64,000 bases of DNA from an uncultured Alphaproteobacteria bacterium (GTDB lineage Bacteria; Pseudomonadota; Alphaproteobacteria; RF32; CAG-239): NCBI GenBank assembly GCA_947588275.1, contig CANPYJ010000001.1, positions 103,026 through 167,025 on the forward strand, given 5' to 3'. Made by a program: the position numbers and the translations under genes. The notes under the pieces were generated by a model. It searched no databases, was not told where the DNA came from, and was given only the letters and a program-made list of their open reading frames with translations. Below, piece after piece: positions 45,711 to 54,607 of this stretch; position 1 is the first letter of the stretch, and every line of letters starts with the position of its first letter.

Positions 45711-47142
45711 TTAAACCTTTTTCAATGTTTCATCTTGCGAAATTTGGTTTAATTTCTCATTGAAAGCATTAACAAAAGCAATTGTCCTGTTATAATCTCC
45801 TTTTGCGCTCGCGCGACCAAAAAGAAGCGGAAGCTTAAGCTCAGGAACCGCAATTTTGGCGTTTTGATCGCCATCAATTGCCCGAGAGCACAAAGCCTCA
45901 AGAGTTGTATCCGGATATTTTACTGAAGCAGCATTAACGTCTTTATAAAAGTTTCGAACCATATTTTGAATATCTTTAACAACAGAAAACCCTTTGTTTT
46001 CAGAGACTATAGCAGAACTGGAATAATTTAATTCGTCCTTTAAGGCTTTGACTTCTTCCTGAGTTTGTATAGCATTTTTATATTCAGGCGAATTTTTATA
46101 CTCAATTTCCCATTCAGCGACAAAATCTGCATATTCTTTCAAAAGTTTAGGAGAGCTTGCTCGTGCGTACTCTGCGGCGGACATAAGGTCTTCATAATAC
46201 GAGCTCGGTTTAAAGCACGCATATAAAGGCGCAACGCTGTATTCCCATTAAAATTTGTACTCCATATGCCACTTTCTCTTAATTTTTCAATGGTTTTATC
46301 GCTCAAATGCTCAATCAACTTCGGGGCTATAATGCTCATCTCATCTTGTTTCAAAACATTAAATATATCCTTAGGTTCAAGCAGATCGGCTTTATCTGCC
46401 ATAATATCCTTGATAATAAAAGTTGGTCGGATTAAAGGCGCATGATAAGAAACAGAATCATAATAGTTATTGCCTTTAAGTTTAGAAAGATATATATCCG
46501 CCAAGGCTGTTTGAGTCTCCGGCATTTTACCTTGTTCTTTAAGTATGCCATAATATTTTTGAGAAGCCACTTTAGGATCTGTCCAATATTCCAAAACACA
46601 CAATTTAGCTTCAGAACTTTTGACTTTTTTAAAGGTTTCTAAATCATGATATTTAGGTTCAAGCGTTTCAAACTGGCTAACATTTAAGGCATCATTAACA
46701 ATTTTGCGCGCCTGACGATTAAGCTCTAAATTTTTGAATTTATCAACAAGACCATTGTATTGTAAAAGGCCACGAAGGCTATTACCCCGCTTCCATTGTA
46801 AACATTTTCTAAAAAGGCACTCGTATTTCTAACGCCGGCAGCTGACATATTTTCAGGAATTTCACGAATTTCAATAATCGGTACAATCATATAGTTGATA
46901 GAATCATACTCTGCACCATCTTTACGTTCAAACAAGGTGTTACAAAAGCTTAAATATTTTTCAAAATCATCTTTAGAAACACCTGATTGAAAATGTTCCC
47001 TAATTTCATAGGATAAACCTGAAAGCGTATACTAAGAAACTACTTTTGTTCCTTTTGCCAAACGAGGATCTGTTTGCCACCTTCTAAAAGCTTCAATACT
47101 TTCAAAGGTCTCATCTAAAAGCTTGCTAAAATCTTCGGTCAT
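45711..47142 (-). pseudogene. Decayed ~477-codon gene of unknown function (one in-frame TAG plus at least two frameshifts)
   Basis: Own reading from ATG 47142 gives MTEDFSKLLDETFESIEAFRRWQTDPRLAKGTKVVS-TAG-YTLSGLSYEIREHF... It continues through ORFs 46726..46935, 46139..46603 and 45711..46184, which abut or overlap in different frames. Confidence 0.6.
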
Positions 47143-47452
47143 TTCGTGTCCCTCTAAAAAACAAATGATAAACTAAAGTACCATATCCACACCTCATTGC
47201 CAAGCGAAAATAGACAAAAAAAGAAAACGGAAAATTATTCTCATTCTACATATTCTCTCACTATAAAACGAAAAAATGGACAGAAAGACAAAGAAAAGCC
47301 ACTAAGCTTAAAGTAGAAAAAGTTTTGAAAGATTCTATAAAATAATTATTCTTTCTTTTTAGTGAATCCGTAGATAAAAATTTGTATGTGGAGGAGGTGT
47401 TTTTGTATCTTACCCCAAAAAATTATTTTGAGGTATTTTATGGAGATCAAAT

Positions 47453-48049
47453 ATGATATACGGGTACATTAGAGTTTCCACAGACAAACAAACATTAGAG
47501 AATCAAGAGTTTGAAATTAATAACTTTTGCCTAAAAGAAAATATAAAGATTGATAAATGGATAACGGAAACTATTAGTGGCACTAAAGATTTTGAAAAAC
47601 GCAAACTTGGAAAAACGTTAAAAAAATTAAAATCTGGAGATGTTTTAATATGTTCTGAAATTTCTCGTTTAGGCAGAAATCTGTTACAAATCATGACTAT
47701 TCTTAATATTTGCATGCGAAAAGAAGCTCAAGTTTGGACTATTAAAGATAACTATAGACTCGGAGCCGATATCCAAAGCAAAGTTCTAGCTTTTGCTTTT
47801 TCTTTATCCGCAGAAATTGAAAGAAATCTAATTAGTCAGCGTACAAAAGAAGCTTTGGCACGTATAAAAGCAAGCGGACGTAAGCTTGGACGGAAGTTTG
47901 GAAGTAAAAATAAAAAGCATGTTCTTGATGGAAAAGAGCACGATATAATAAAACTATTAAATAAAGGTGTGCCAAAAACGCGGATTGCCAGACTTATGAA
48001 TGTTAGTATTTTTACGATTTATGAATTTTTGAAAACATTAAACCGTTAA
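47453..48049 (+). CDS. Small serine recombinase (resolvase/invertase family)
   Basis: MIYGYIRVSTDKQTLENQ (catalytic Ser), ...SRLGRN..., C-terminal HTH GVPKTRIARLMNVSIFTIYEFL. 198 aa; RBS GGAG. Confidence 0.92.
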   Translation: MIYGYIRVSTDKQTLENQEFEINNFCLKENIKIDKWITETISGTKDFEKRKLGKTLKKLKSGDVLICSEISRLGRNLLQIMTILNICMRKEAQVWTIKDNYRLGADIQSKVLAFAFSLSAEIERNLISQRTKEALARIKASGRKLGRKFGSKNKKHVLDGKEHDIIKLLNKGVPKTRIARLMNVSIFTIYEFLKTLNR

Positions 48050-48122
48050 ACGCTAAATTTTTATCCACAAAAAACACTTCACTGTGCGTTATAATTTAAC
48101 GAAGATCAATTAATTTCATGTA

Positions 48123-48389
48123 ATGACAGGGTTTTTGGTCCATTTGTTCCATTCAAAAAATTTTTTAATGATATGCTTCTATGCAAAGCCGACATTTGGG
48201 GAATTATTGACTTTATTGTATCCTTCTTACAATTATAAGAATATCACATATAATGAAGATCACATTTTTCCTAAATCCAAAATGACATCAGAACAATATA
48301 GAAATGATGGAATTTTCTTAGCTAATTTGCAATTATTAGAACATACAGAAAATTGCGAAGAAAAAAGGATGGAAGATCAAAAAAAATGA
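48123..48389 (+). pseudogene. C-terminal fragment of a DUF1524 (GmrSD/HNH-like) nuclease
   Basis: YNEDHIFPKSKM...GIFLANLQLLEHTENCEEK matches the DUF1524 His-Me finger region (DHI.P.S ... GNL.LL ... N..K). No DUF262 N-terminal domain upstream. Confidence 0.55.
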
Positions 48390-48527
48390 TTAGATAATTT
48401 TTGCAAACGCAAGCAATCGGCAATGTATGTGACGCAATAATATGTAAGGGAGAATAATCAAATTGATAGCCTCACCATACCTCCTTGGAGAAGGATGTTA
48501 TTACAGAACTCAATACTCTAAATTCTA

Positions 48528-48857
48528 TCAATCACCAGTCAAATATTTATCGTTGCTGACACCCGGACACTTAACCACGACATTAGTTGTCCCGTCTTCC
48601 AAACACTCAAAGTCTGTCGCCTCCCCAGGCTCCATGACAATAATATCTCCGGCTTGATATTCAACATTGTTCATCTTGACGCGCCCGCTGACGATACAAG
48701 TGTATTCAGTCGCAACCTTATGAAAATGCCGCCCTTCATAATCACCTTTTTTATAAGCTTTAACCGCAACTTCAACATCATTAGTTTTAAGCAGTGAAGG
48801 ATCAAAATTGCCAATAAACCATCCTTTTGTCATCTCGCTTAATTTCGCGATTTTCAT
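48528..48857 (-). CDS. Cupin-domain protein
   Basis: Complete cupin motif 1 G-x5-HxH-x4-E-x6-G: GDYEGRHFHKVATEYTCIVSG. 109 aa. 1-nt TAATG overlap with the upstream gene. Confidence 0.75.
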   Translation of the reverse strand: MKIAKLSEMTKGWFIGNFDPSLLKTNDVEVAVKAYKKGDYEGRHFHKVATEYTCIVSGRVKMNNVEYQAGDIIVMEPGEATDFECLEDGTTNVVVKCPGVSNDKYLTGD

Positions 48858-49588
48858 CAGTCACTGCCTCCTTTGCGGTGTGAAAGGTAAGTTTCATACA
48901 TTTGATAGTTGGAAAATGATATATAATCCTTGCGCAAAATTTCATAAATCCCAATTTTTTTCTGCTCAAGAATCAACTCATTATATGTCGTACTGACATA
49001 ATACAACCCATTGATGTTAGCATCTTTTTCAATTACAGCAAAACAGGCGCGCACGAAATCACTTCCGTGGCGATAATAATAGCAGCCTGCCGTCGCATTA
49101 TCCGAGATTGGTCTTTTCTCGCTGGTTTCGATAACAAGCCCATTTTTATCCAAAGCCACAAAACTCCACTTGGGATGTACAGACTTAAACGTTAAAATCC
49201 CGCCGTCTAATTTACGCGCCCGAAAATCCTCAATTGCCGCTTTCAAATTTGTTTTAATCAGCTGATCTCCGTTAATAATCAGCAATTCCTCATCATTATT
49301 AATATCTTCAATCGCAAACAGGGCCGTACATACGGCTCCTTTGGTCAAATTTTCAACGCTGATTACCTTGACCAACGGACAAAGAATTTTCATCATATCG
49401 CCAAGAAAAAACTTTTCCTGATCTTCTTTGCGGATAATACAAATCAAATGTTCGCTCAAATCTTTCAGTGAATCGACAACTCTTTGAATAATAGGTTTAT
49501 TATGTATTTCCAGCAAATATTTTGGATAAGAATGTCCATGTTCTTCAAAGTCCTTGCCGGCACCAGCCATTAAAATAACGATATTCAT
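48857..49588 (-). CDS. Sugar/polyol-phosphate nucleotidyltransferase (paralog 2)
   Basis: MNIVILMAGAGKDF... Paralogous to 50848..51594, sharing blocks DE.L..N.DQ, HPKWS/DPKWS, VIETSEK/VIETAEK and EQKKIGIY. Confidence 0.7.
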   Translation of the reverse strand: MNIVILMAGAGKDFEEHGHSYPKYLLEIHNKPIIQRVVDSLKDLSEHLICIIRKEDQEKFFLGDMMKILCPLVKVISVENLTKGAVCTALFAIEDINNDEELLIINGDQLIKTNLKAAIEDFRARKLDGGILTFKSVHPKWSFVALDKNGLVIETSEKRPISDNATAGCYYYRHGSDFVRACFAVIEKDANINGLYYVSTTYNELILEQKKIGIYEILRKDYISFSNYQMYETYLSHRKGGSD

Positions 49589-50232
49589 TACATAACCTCC
49601 TGTTGCACAGCTTCTATTTCGTCAATTTTATTGCGGATATTTTGATACGTAACATCATAGACCGTCTCTACCTTAAGCAAATGTGCGCCGCTTGCTATCG
49701 CTGCTTTAACTCCATTTAAATTGTCTTCCACGATTAAACACTCCTCCGGTTTAAGCCCCAACCGCGTAATCGCCGTATTATAAATTTCCGGGTCCGGCTT
49801 GGACTTTGTAACATCTTGATTAGAAAGCGTAAAATCCATATATTTCATCAAATCTGCTTTTGACATCATCATATCTATTGTAACACGTACCGAATTTGAC
49901 CCCAAAGCCAGCTTATATCCTTCTGCCTTGAGCTTAGACAATGCATATTGGTGACAAAACAAAGGTTTGCATTTCATATAAACATATTCCATGGTATAAA
50001 TCTGTTTCATATGATTAATAAATTTATGCAATCCTTTGGGCAAACCACGCTCCATAGAAAGCATTTCCAGCTTCTTTTTGGTAGGCAACCCGTCAAAAGT
50101 AACCAGATGGTCATAACGGGAAATCTTATAACCAAACAGTCCCAAAGCCTGATTTAAGGCTTCATAATGCCAGTCTTTGGCTTCAATAAGCACCCCATCC
50201 ATATCAAAAATTATTGCTTTAATTTTTGCCAT
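49588..50232 (-). CDS. HAD-IA hydrolase (beta-phosphoglucomutase/phosphatase-like)
   Basis: Start at MAKIKAIIFDMDGVLIE (50232, RBS AAGGA). LALGSNS; VEDNLNGVKAAIASG. Confidence 0.8.
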   Translation of the reverse strand: MAKIKAIIFDMDGVLIEAKDWHYEALNQALGLFGYKISRYDHLVTFDGLPTKKKLEMLSMERGLPKGLHKFINHMKQIYTMEYVYMKCKPLFCHQYALSKLKAEGYKLALGSNSVRVTIDMMMSKADLMKYMDFTLSNQDVTKSKPDPEIYNTAITRLGLKPEECLIVEDNLNGVKAAIASGAHLLKVETVYDVTYQNIRNKIDEIEAVQQEVM

Positions 50233-50848
50233 AAAAAAATTCCTTTGCTTCAAAAGGTTTATCTGTGCACAACAGCAAATTGTTACTGTCAAAAAAATGA
50301 CTGCAACGAATTATTTTCCATTGCTCTATGGTCGGCCTTTGATGCAAATCAGCCGAAACGACGCAGACTTTCTTACCGTCGTTTAAAATATCATCAATAT
50401 CACGCGCCACGAACCAATCAGAATCAAAACTATCCAGCCACACTCCCTCAGCCTTATCCAACAAGACCGGAACTGTCAGGATGTCGCTTTTTCCGGTAAA
50501 AACCCTGAGGCCGACTTGAAGTTGAACCACCATGTCGGGAATAGACATATCAAATGTAAAGTAATTGCTGTGCCCATATTGTTTCAACAACTTTCGGATT
50601 TGTTCGCCCTGCCCGTCAGCTTTAATATTCAAGGCCAGCGGCAGATTACGTCCCGCCATAATCTGCAACAATTCTTCAAAAGTAAGCTCATCGCCGTGCG
50701 GCATATCATGCGAAACAACAATTTTGCCGCAAATATCGCGCAAATCAGTTTCCGTCCCCAGACCGGCATCAAACGAGCGAACAAATGCATCCTTAGTATT
50801 TCTTTCCATCGAACTGTGCCACAGTCCCCTATGTGAAAGTATCTGCAT
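50219..50848 (-). CDS. Glycerophosphodiester phosphodiesterase (GDPD)-fold protein
   Basis: MQILSHRGLW...NTKDAFVRSFDAGLGTETDLRD. 209 aa. Confidence 0.7.
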   Translation of the reverse strand: MQILSHRGLWHSSMERNTKDAFVRSFDAGLGTETDLRDICGKIVVSHDMPHGDELTFEELLQIMAGRNLPLALNIKADGQGEQIRKLLKQYGHSNYFTFDMSIPDMVVQLQVGLRVFTGKSDILTVPVLLDKAEGVWLDSFDSDWFVARDIDDILNDGKKVCVVSADLHQRPTIEQWKIIRCSHFFDSNNLLLCTDKPFEAKEFFYGKN

Positions 50849-51594
50849 TACTTAACCTTTTCAGAAATCGGATGCCGCAAAAAGAAATCCAAATCTTTCG
50901 GTATGCCAAGACCATACATGCCGTTATATTCTTCGCCAATACCGTATATGCCGATTTTTTGCTCCTCTTTAATCAAATAATTATAGCATGGACAGGTATA
51001 AAACTCATTATTAACGCGGACATTATCTTTTATCATCTGTTCTGCTGCCCTCACCAAATCTGCTCCGCGCCTAAAATTAAAAATACCGACGGTAGCATCT
51101 GTCGAAATAACTTTCTTCTCAGCTGTCTCAATAACCATACCGGCATCGTTCGTTTTGGCATAAGACCATTTGGGATCATTGGCCTTCATTGTCATGATCA
51201 TACCGTCCAAACGGCGACTATCCATGGCATTCAAATAATCATTAATATCAAAATCTATAAACTGATCGGAATTAGCCGTCATCAAAGGCTCATCATTGTC
51301 AATTAGTTCTTTGGCTTTCAAAACCGTACAAACCTGACCCTCAGTGATTCCGTCAATTCCGATAATTTCTACATTTTGGGCATATGATTTTAGTTTTTCA
51401 TTAAGCCCATAATCTCTGATATGCTGATTTTGACAAATGAAAATAAACCTATGAGGGCGCTTGGGCATCAAGTTTTCGACCACAACCTGAATCATCGGTT
51501 TGCCATAGATAGGAATTAACGGCTTGGGATCTTTATAACCGGCATCAGCAAACCGGCTGCCTCTTCCGGCCATCGGAATAACAATATTAAGCAT
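50848..51594 (-). CDS. Sugar/polyol-phosphate nucleotidyltransferase (paralog 1)
   Basis: MLNIVIPMAGRGSRFADAGYKDPKPLIPIYGKPMIQ. RBS AAGGAG. First gene of the 5-gene cassette. Confidence 0.75.
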   Translation of the reverse strand: MLNIVIPMAGRGSRFADAGYKDPKPLIPIYGKPMIQVVVENLMPKRPHRFIFICQNQHIRDYGLNEKLKSYAQNVEIIGIDGITEGQVCTVLKAKELIDNDEPLMTANSDQFIDFDINDYLNAMDSRRLDGMIMTMKANDPKWSYAKTNDAGMVIETAEKKVISTDATVGIFNFRRGADLVRAAEQMIKDNVRVNNEFYTCPCYNYLIKEEQKIGIYGIGEEYNGMYGLGIPKDLDFFLRHPISEKVK

Positions 51595-51868
51595 ACAAAC
51601 TCCTTGTGACCTGTTAAATTATACAGAATTTGCTGTTTTCTTAATAAAAATATTATTGCTTTTCCCCTATAAACAAAATAATTATTTAACAGTTACCCCC
51701 AATTATATTGCAAATAAAGATATAGAATAAACTATCAGGTCGTAACTGTCGTCTTGTCTAAGATTTCCGATTATCCATCATAGAAATTACCTCTGCTATT
51801 TATCATAACAGAGGCTAAAATTCATTGCAAAAATTTGACAAAACGGGCTGTTATCTCGCACGGCGCAA

Positions 51869-52360
51869 TTACAACTCAAGCGCTTTTTTCCATGCCCCTA
51901 ATTTCTGCGCATAAGAAAACGAAGCATTGGCCGGGCTGGTCGAAGGTGCGGTAAAACAATCAAAATCAGCCAACAGCGGGGCTTGGAACTTCTGGAAAAA
52001 CTGAAAAGATTTCTGACCGTTAAAAACCAACCGCCGGATATTGGGATACTTTTTGAAAAGAGAGGCAAAATCATTCGGTCGCGCTTCGGTGATATTGCTA
52101 TCCAGACTCCCCACCCGCTTGCATTGAAACAAATTGTCCCACAGCCCGATTTGCGCTGCGGCCAAGGTATCCAGCTTTTGCTCATAAGACTCAAAAAACT
52201 GCCCTTGGTTCAGCAAATCGGCCACGATTTTCCAAAAAGCATTGTGCTTAAAAGCATAATACTCGCCAGCCGCCAGCGAAGCCTCGCCCGGCATGGTTCC
52301 CAAAACCAAAATACGAGTATATTCGTTGACAAAAGGCGCAAAACTCCGCCGCCGGAACAT
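51869..52360 (-). CDS. Uracil-DNA glycosylase superfamily protein (hypoxanthine/deoxyinosine DNA glycosylase-like)
   Basis: Start at MFRRRSF (52360), which avoids overlap with rpoD. ILVLGTMPGEASLAAGEYYAFKHNAFWKIV. Confidence 0.7.
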   Translation of the reverse strand: MFRRRSFAPFVNEYTRILVLGTMPGEASLAAGEYYAFKHNAFWKIVADLLNQGQFFESYEQKLDTLAAAQIGLWDNLFQCKRVGSLDSNITEARPNDFASLFKKYPNIRRLVFNGQKSFQFFQKFQAPLLADFDCFTAPSTSPANASFSYAQKLGAWKKALEL

Positions 52361-52370
52361 TTTCAATTTA

Positions 52371-54458
52371 TTAATCCAAAAAAGAACGCAGCTTGCGTGA
52401 CCGGCTCGGATGTTTGAGCTTGCGCAGAGCCTTGGCCTCAATCTGACGAATGCGCTCGCGGGTAACGTTAAACTGCTGTCCGACTTCTTCCAACGTGTGA
52501 TCGGTATTCATCCCGATACCGAAACGCATGCGCAAGACACGTTCCTCACGCGGCGTCAGCGAAGATAAAATCCGCGTGCATGTTTCTTTCAGATTTGAAT
52601 GAATAGCCGTATCCAGAGGCTGCAGTGCGCTGTCATCGGCAATAAAATCACCCAGCGACGAATCTTCTTCATCGCCTACCGGCGCCTCGAGCGAAACCGG
52701 CTCTTTGGCAATCTTCATAACTTTGCGCACTTTTTCAAGCGGCATAGACAGCCGTTTAGCCAGTTCTTCCGGCACCGGCTCGCGTCCCATCTCGGCCAAC
52801 ATTTGCCGCGACGTCCGCACCAGTTTATTAATAGTCTCAATCATATGAACCGGAATACGAATTGTCCGCGCCTGATCGGCGATTGAACGCGTAATTGCCT
52901 GTCTAATCCACCAGGTGGCATAAGTCGAAAACTTGTAACCGCGGCGATATTCAAACTTGTCCACGGCCTTCATCAAGCCGATGTTGCCTTCCTGAATCAA
53001 ATCCAAAAACTGCAAACCGCGGTTTGTATATTTTTTTGCAATTGAAATCACCAAGCGCAAATTGGCCTCAATCATTTCTTTTTTGGCGCGTTCAGCTTCG
53101 CGTTCGCCTTTTTTAATGGTATCGACCATACGGCGATATTCGCTGATGGGCAACCCGCATTCCTGTGCCATTTGCGCAACCGAATCGCGCAACGAGGCCA
53201 CCTCGGCTCCGTATCTTTCAACAAAAGCCTGCCAGTGCTTGTCTTTTTTGTGCGAAACAGCCTCCAGCCAATTGGGTTCGAGTTCGGATTTCTGATAAGC
53301 TTCCAAAAAATCTTCGCGCTTAATCTTGCAAGACAGCGCATAACGCATCAGTTTACCCTCAAGTCCCATCAACCGTTTATTGAGTTCGTTAAGCTGCTCC
53401 ACCAGTTGTTCCACGCGCGAAGCATTAAGATGGATGGAACTCATCAACTCGACCAAATCTTTTTTGACGCGCAGATAATTTTTTTCCACCGTCGGCGTCA
53501 CTTTTTTGCCGGTAAGAAGCGCGTTTACACGTTGTTTTTGGATTTTTTTCAAATCATCATAATAACTCGAAATTCTGTTCAGAATATCAAGCACGGGCTC
53601 TTTGAGAGCTTCTTCCATTGCCGTAACCGAAGCGGATGAGCGGCCGCCGTTGCCGTCCATATCATCTTCTTCGTCACCCTCGCCGCTCTCACCGTCTTCT
53701 CCGTCAGCGGACATTTCGCCGCCGGTGTCTTCTTCATCTTCTTCCGGTTCGTCATCGACCACGCTGTCGAGTTCCATGTCCTCGTCCAAATCGTCGTCGA
53801 TATCGTCAAGATTTTCTTTTTTGGCCAAATCCTCGGCAACCTTGTCCAAATCTTCGTTTTCGGAGACTTCGTCTTCGTCAAATTCAATTCCGTCGGCATC
53901 GGTGCCGTACATCATTTCCAAATCGATAATGTCGCGCAGCTGCATTGTGCCGTTAATCAATTCATCGCGCCAACCGGCGATGGCTTTGATTGTCATCGGG
54001 CTTTCGCAAAGCCCGTCAATCATAACGGTTTTTCCGGCTTCTATACGTTTGGCAATGGCGATTTCGCCTTCACGGGAGAGCAGCTCCACCAAGCCCATTT
54101 CCTTAAGATACATTCGCACCGGATCATCGCTGCGGCCAAGTTCTTTTTCATCAAAATTACCGCTTTCGTCTTCATCTTCGTCAAGCGAATCGTCTTCGAC
54201 CACATCCGGCTCAAAGTTATCAACCTCCGACTCGGTAATGATGCTGATGCCCATATCGGCGATGTCGGTCATAATGTCTTCAATGTTTTCTGACGATTCG
54301 CGATCCGGCGGCAAAGCTTTGTTCAGTTCCTCGACGGTAATATAACCGCGGACTTTGCCTTTTTCGACCAAACGTTTAACTGCGCTGCCCAAAGAATCGA
54401 TAAGCGGCGTGTCTGTCGACGAATTATCGTACAGATCTGGATTTTCAACCTCTGACAT
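52371..54458 (-). CDS. rpoD: RNA polymerase sigma factor RpoD (sigma70)
   Basis: 695 aa with an acidic non-conserved region. Regions 2-4 present (e.g. [27 protein letters not shown]; region 4.2 [24 protein letters not shown]). Confidence 0.98.
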   Translation of the reverse strand: MSEVENPDLYDNSSTDTPLIDSLGSAVKRLVEKGKVRGYITVEELNKALPPDRESSENIEDIMTDIADMGISIITESEVDNFEPDVVEDDSLDEDEDESGNFDEKELGRSDDPVRMYLKEMGLVELLSREGEIAIAKRIEAGKTVMIDGLCESPMTIKAIAGWRDELINGTMQLRDIIDLEMMYGTDADGIEFDEDEVSENEDLDKVAEDLAKKENLDDIDDDLDEDMELDSVVDDEPEEDEEDTGGEMSADGEDGESGEGDEEDDMDGNGGRSSASVTAMEEALKEPVLDILNRISSYYDDLKKIQKQRVNALLTGKKVTPTVEKNYLRVKKDLVELMSSIHLNASRVEQLVEQLNELNKRLMGLEGKLMRYALSCKIKREDFLEAYQKSELEPNWLEAVSHKKDKHWQAFVERYGAEVASLRDSVAQMAQECGLPISEYRRMVDTIKKGEREAERAKKEMIEANLRLVISIAKKYTNRGLQFLDLIQEGNIGLMKAVDKFEYRRGYKFSTYATWWIRQAITRSIADQARTIRIPVHMIETINKLVRTSRQMLAEMGREPVPEELAKRLSMPLEKVRKVMKIAKEPVSLEAPVGDEEDSSLGDFIADDSALQPLDTAIHSNLKETCTRILSSLTPREERVLRMRFGIGMNTDHTLEEVGQQFNVTRERIRQIEAKALRKLKHPSRSRKLRSFLD

Positions 54459-54607
54459 AGACGTTCCTTATTACAAAACCGGTTTTATGCATAAATTTCG
54501 AGCCAATGCACTTTGTAATAATTTTTGAGCAATTTGTCAAGAGGTTAACGACATTTTTTTATAATTATATCCGTGTTTTTGCCACGAGTCGCGAATACGC
54601 CGGCGGT

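Larger units (their letters stand above)
45074..51868. mobile_element. Integrase-less genomic island (remnant) at the 3' end of tRNA(CAU)
   Basis: AT-rich by eye. Starts at the tRNA 3' end with duplicated att-like repeats. Contains a decayed gene, a serine recombinase, a DUF1524 fragment and a sugar/polyol-phosphate cassette. Core genes (UDG-like, rpoD) resume at 51869. The right junction is not defined by a clear repeat. Confidence 0.55.

Noticed and set aside
51612-51692. 9-bp inverted repeat (CTGTTAAAT / ATTTAACAG) flanking a plus-strand promoter-like TTGCTG...TATTAT upstream of the 5-gene cassette; considered as an OFF-oriented invertible promoter
   Set aside because: The repeat is only 9 bp perfect (about 14/19 with flanks). 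The enclosed segment is about 63 bp, much smaller than known invertible promoters. A correctly oriented TATAAT plus AAGGAG RBS already exists for the cassette. Read-level inversion evidence would be needed to revive the idea.
51773-51830. Possible degenerate third copy of the tRNA-end att repeat at the island's right edge (tccatca ... CCTCTGctatttatcataaCAGAGG)
   Set aside because: Only 7 contiguous nt (tccatca) and a generic hairpin resemble the 82-bp repeat. That is too weak to call a junction, so the right boundary is set by composition and gene content only.
53602-54345. 247-aa Ser-rich plus-strand ORF
   Set aside because: It is antisense to the acidic (Asp/Glu-rich) region of rpoD. GAx/GAy codons read as Ser/Leu on the opposite strand, which makes this a classic artefact.
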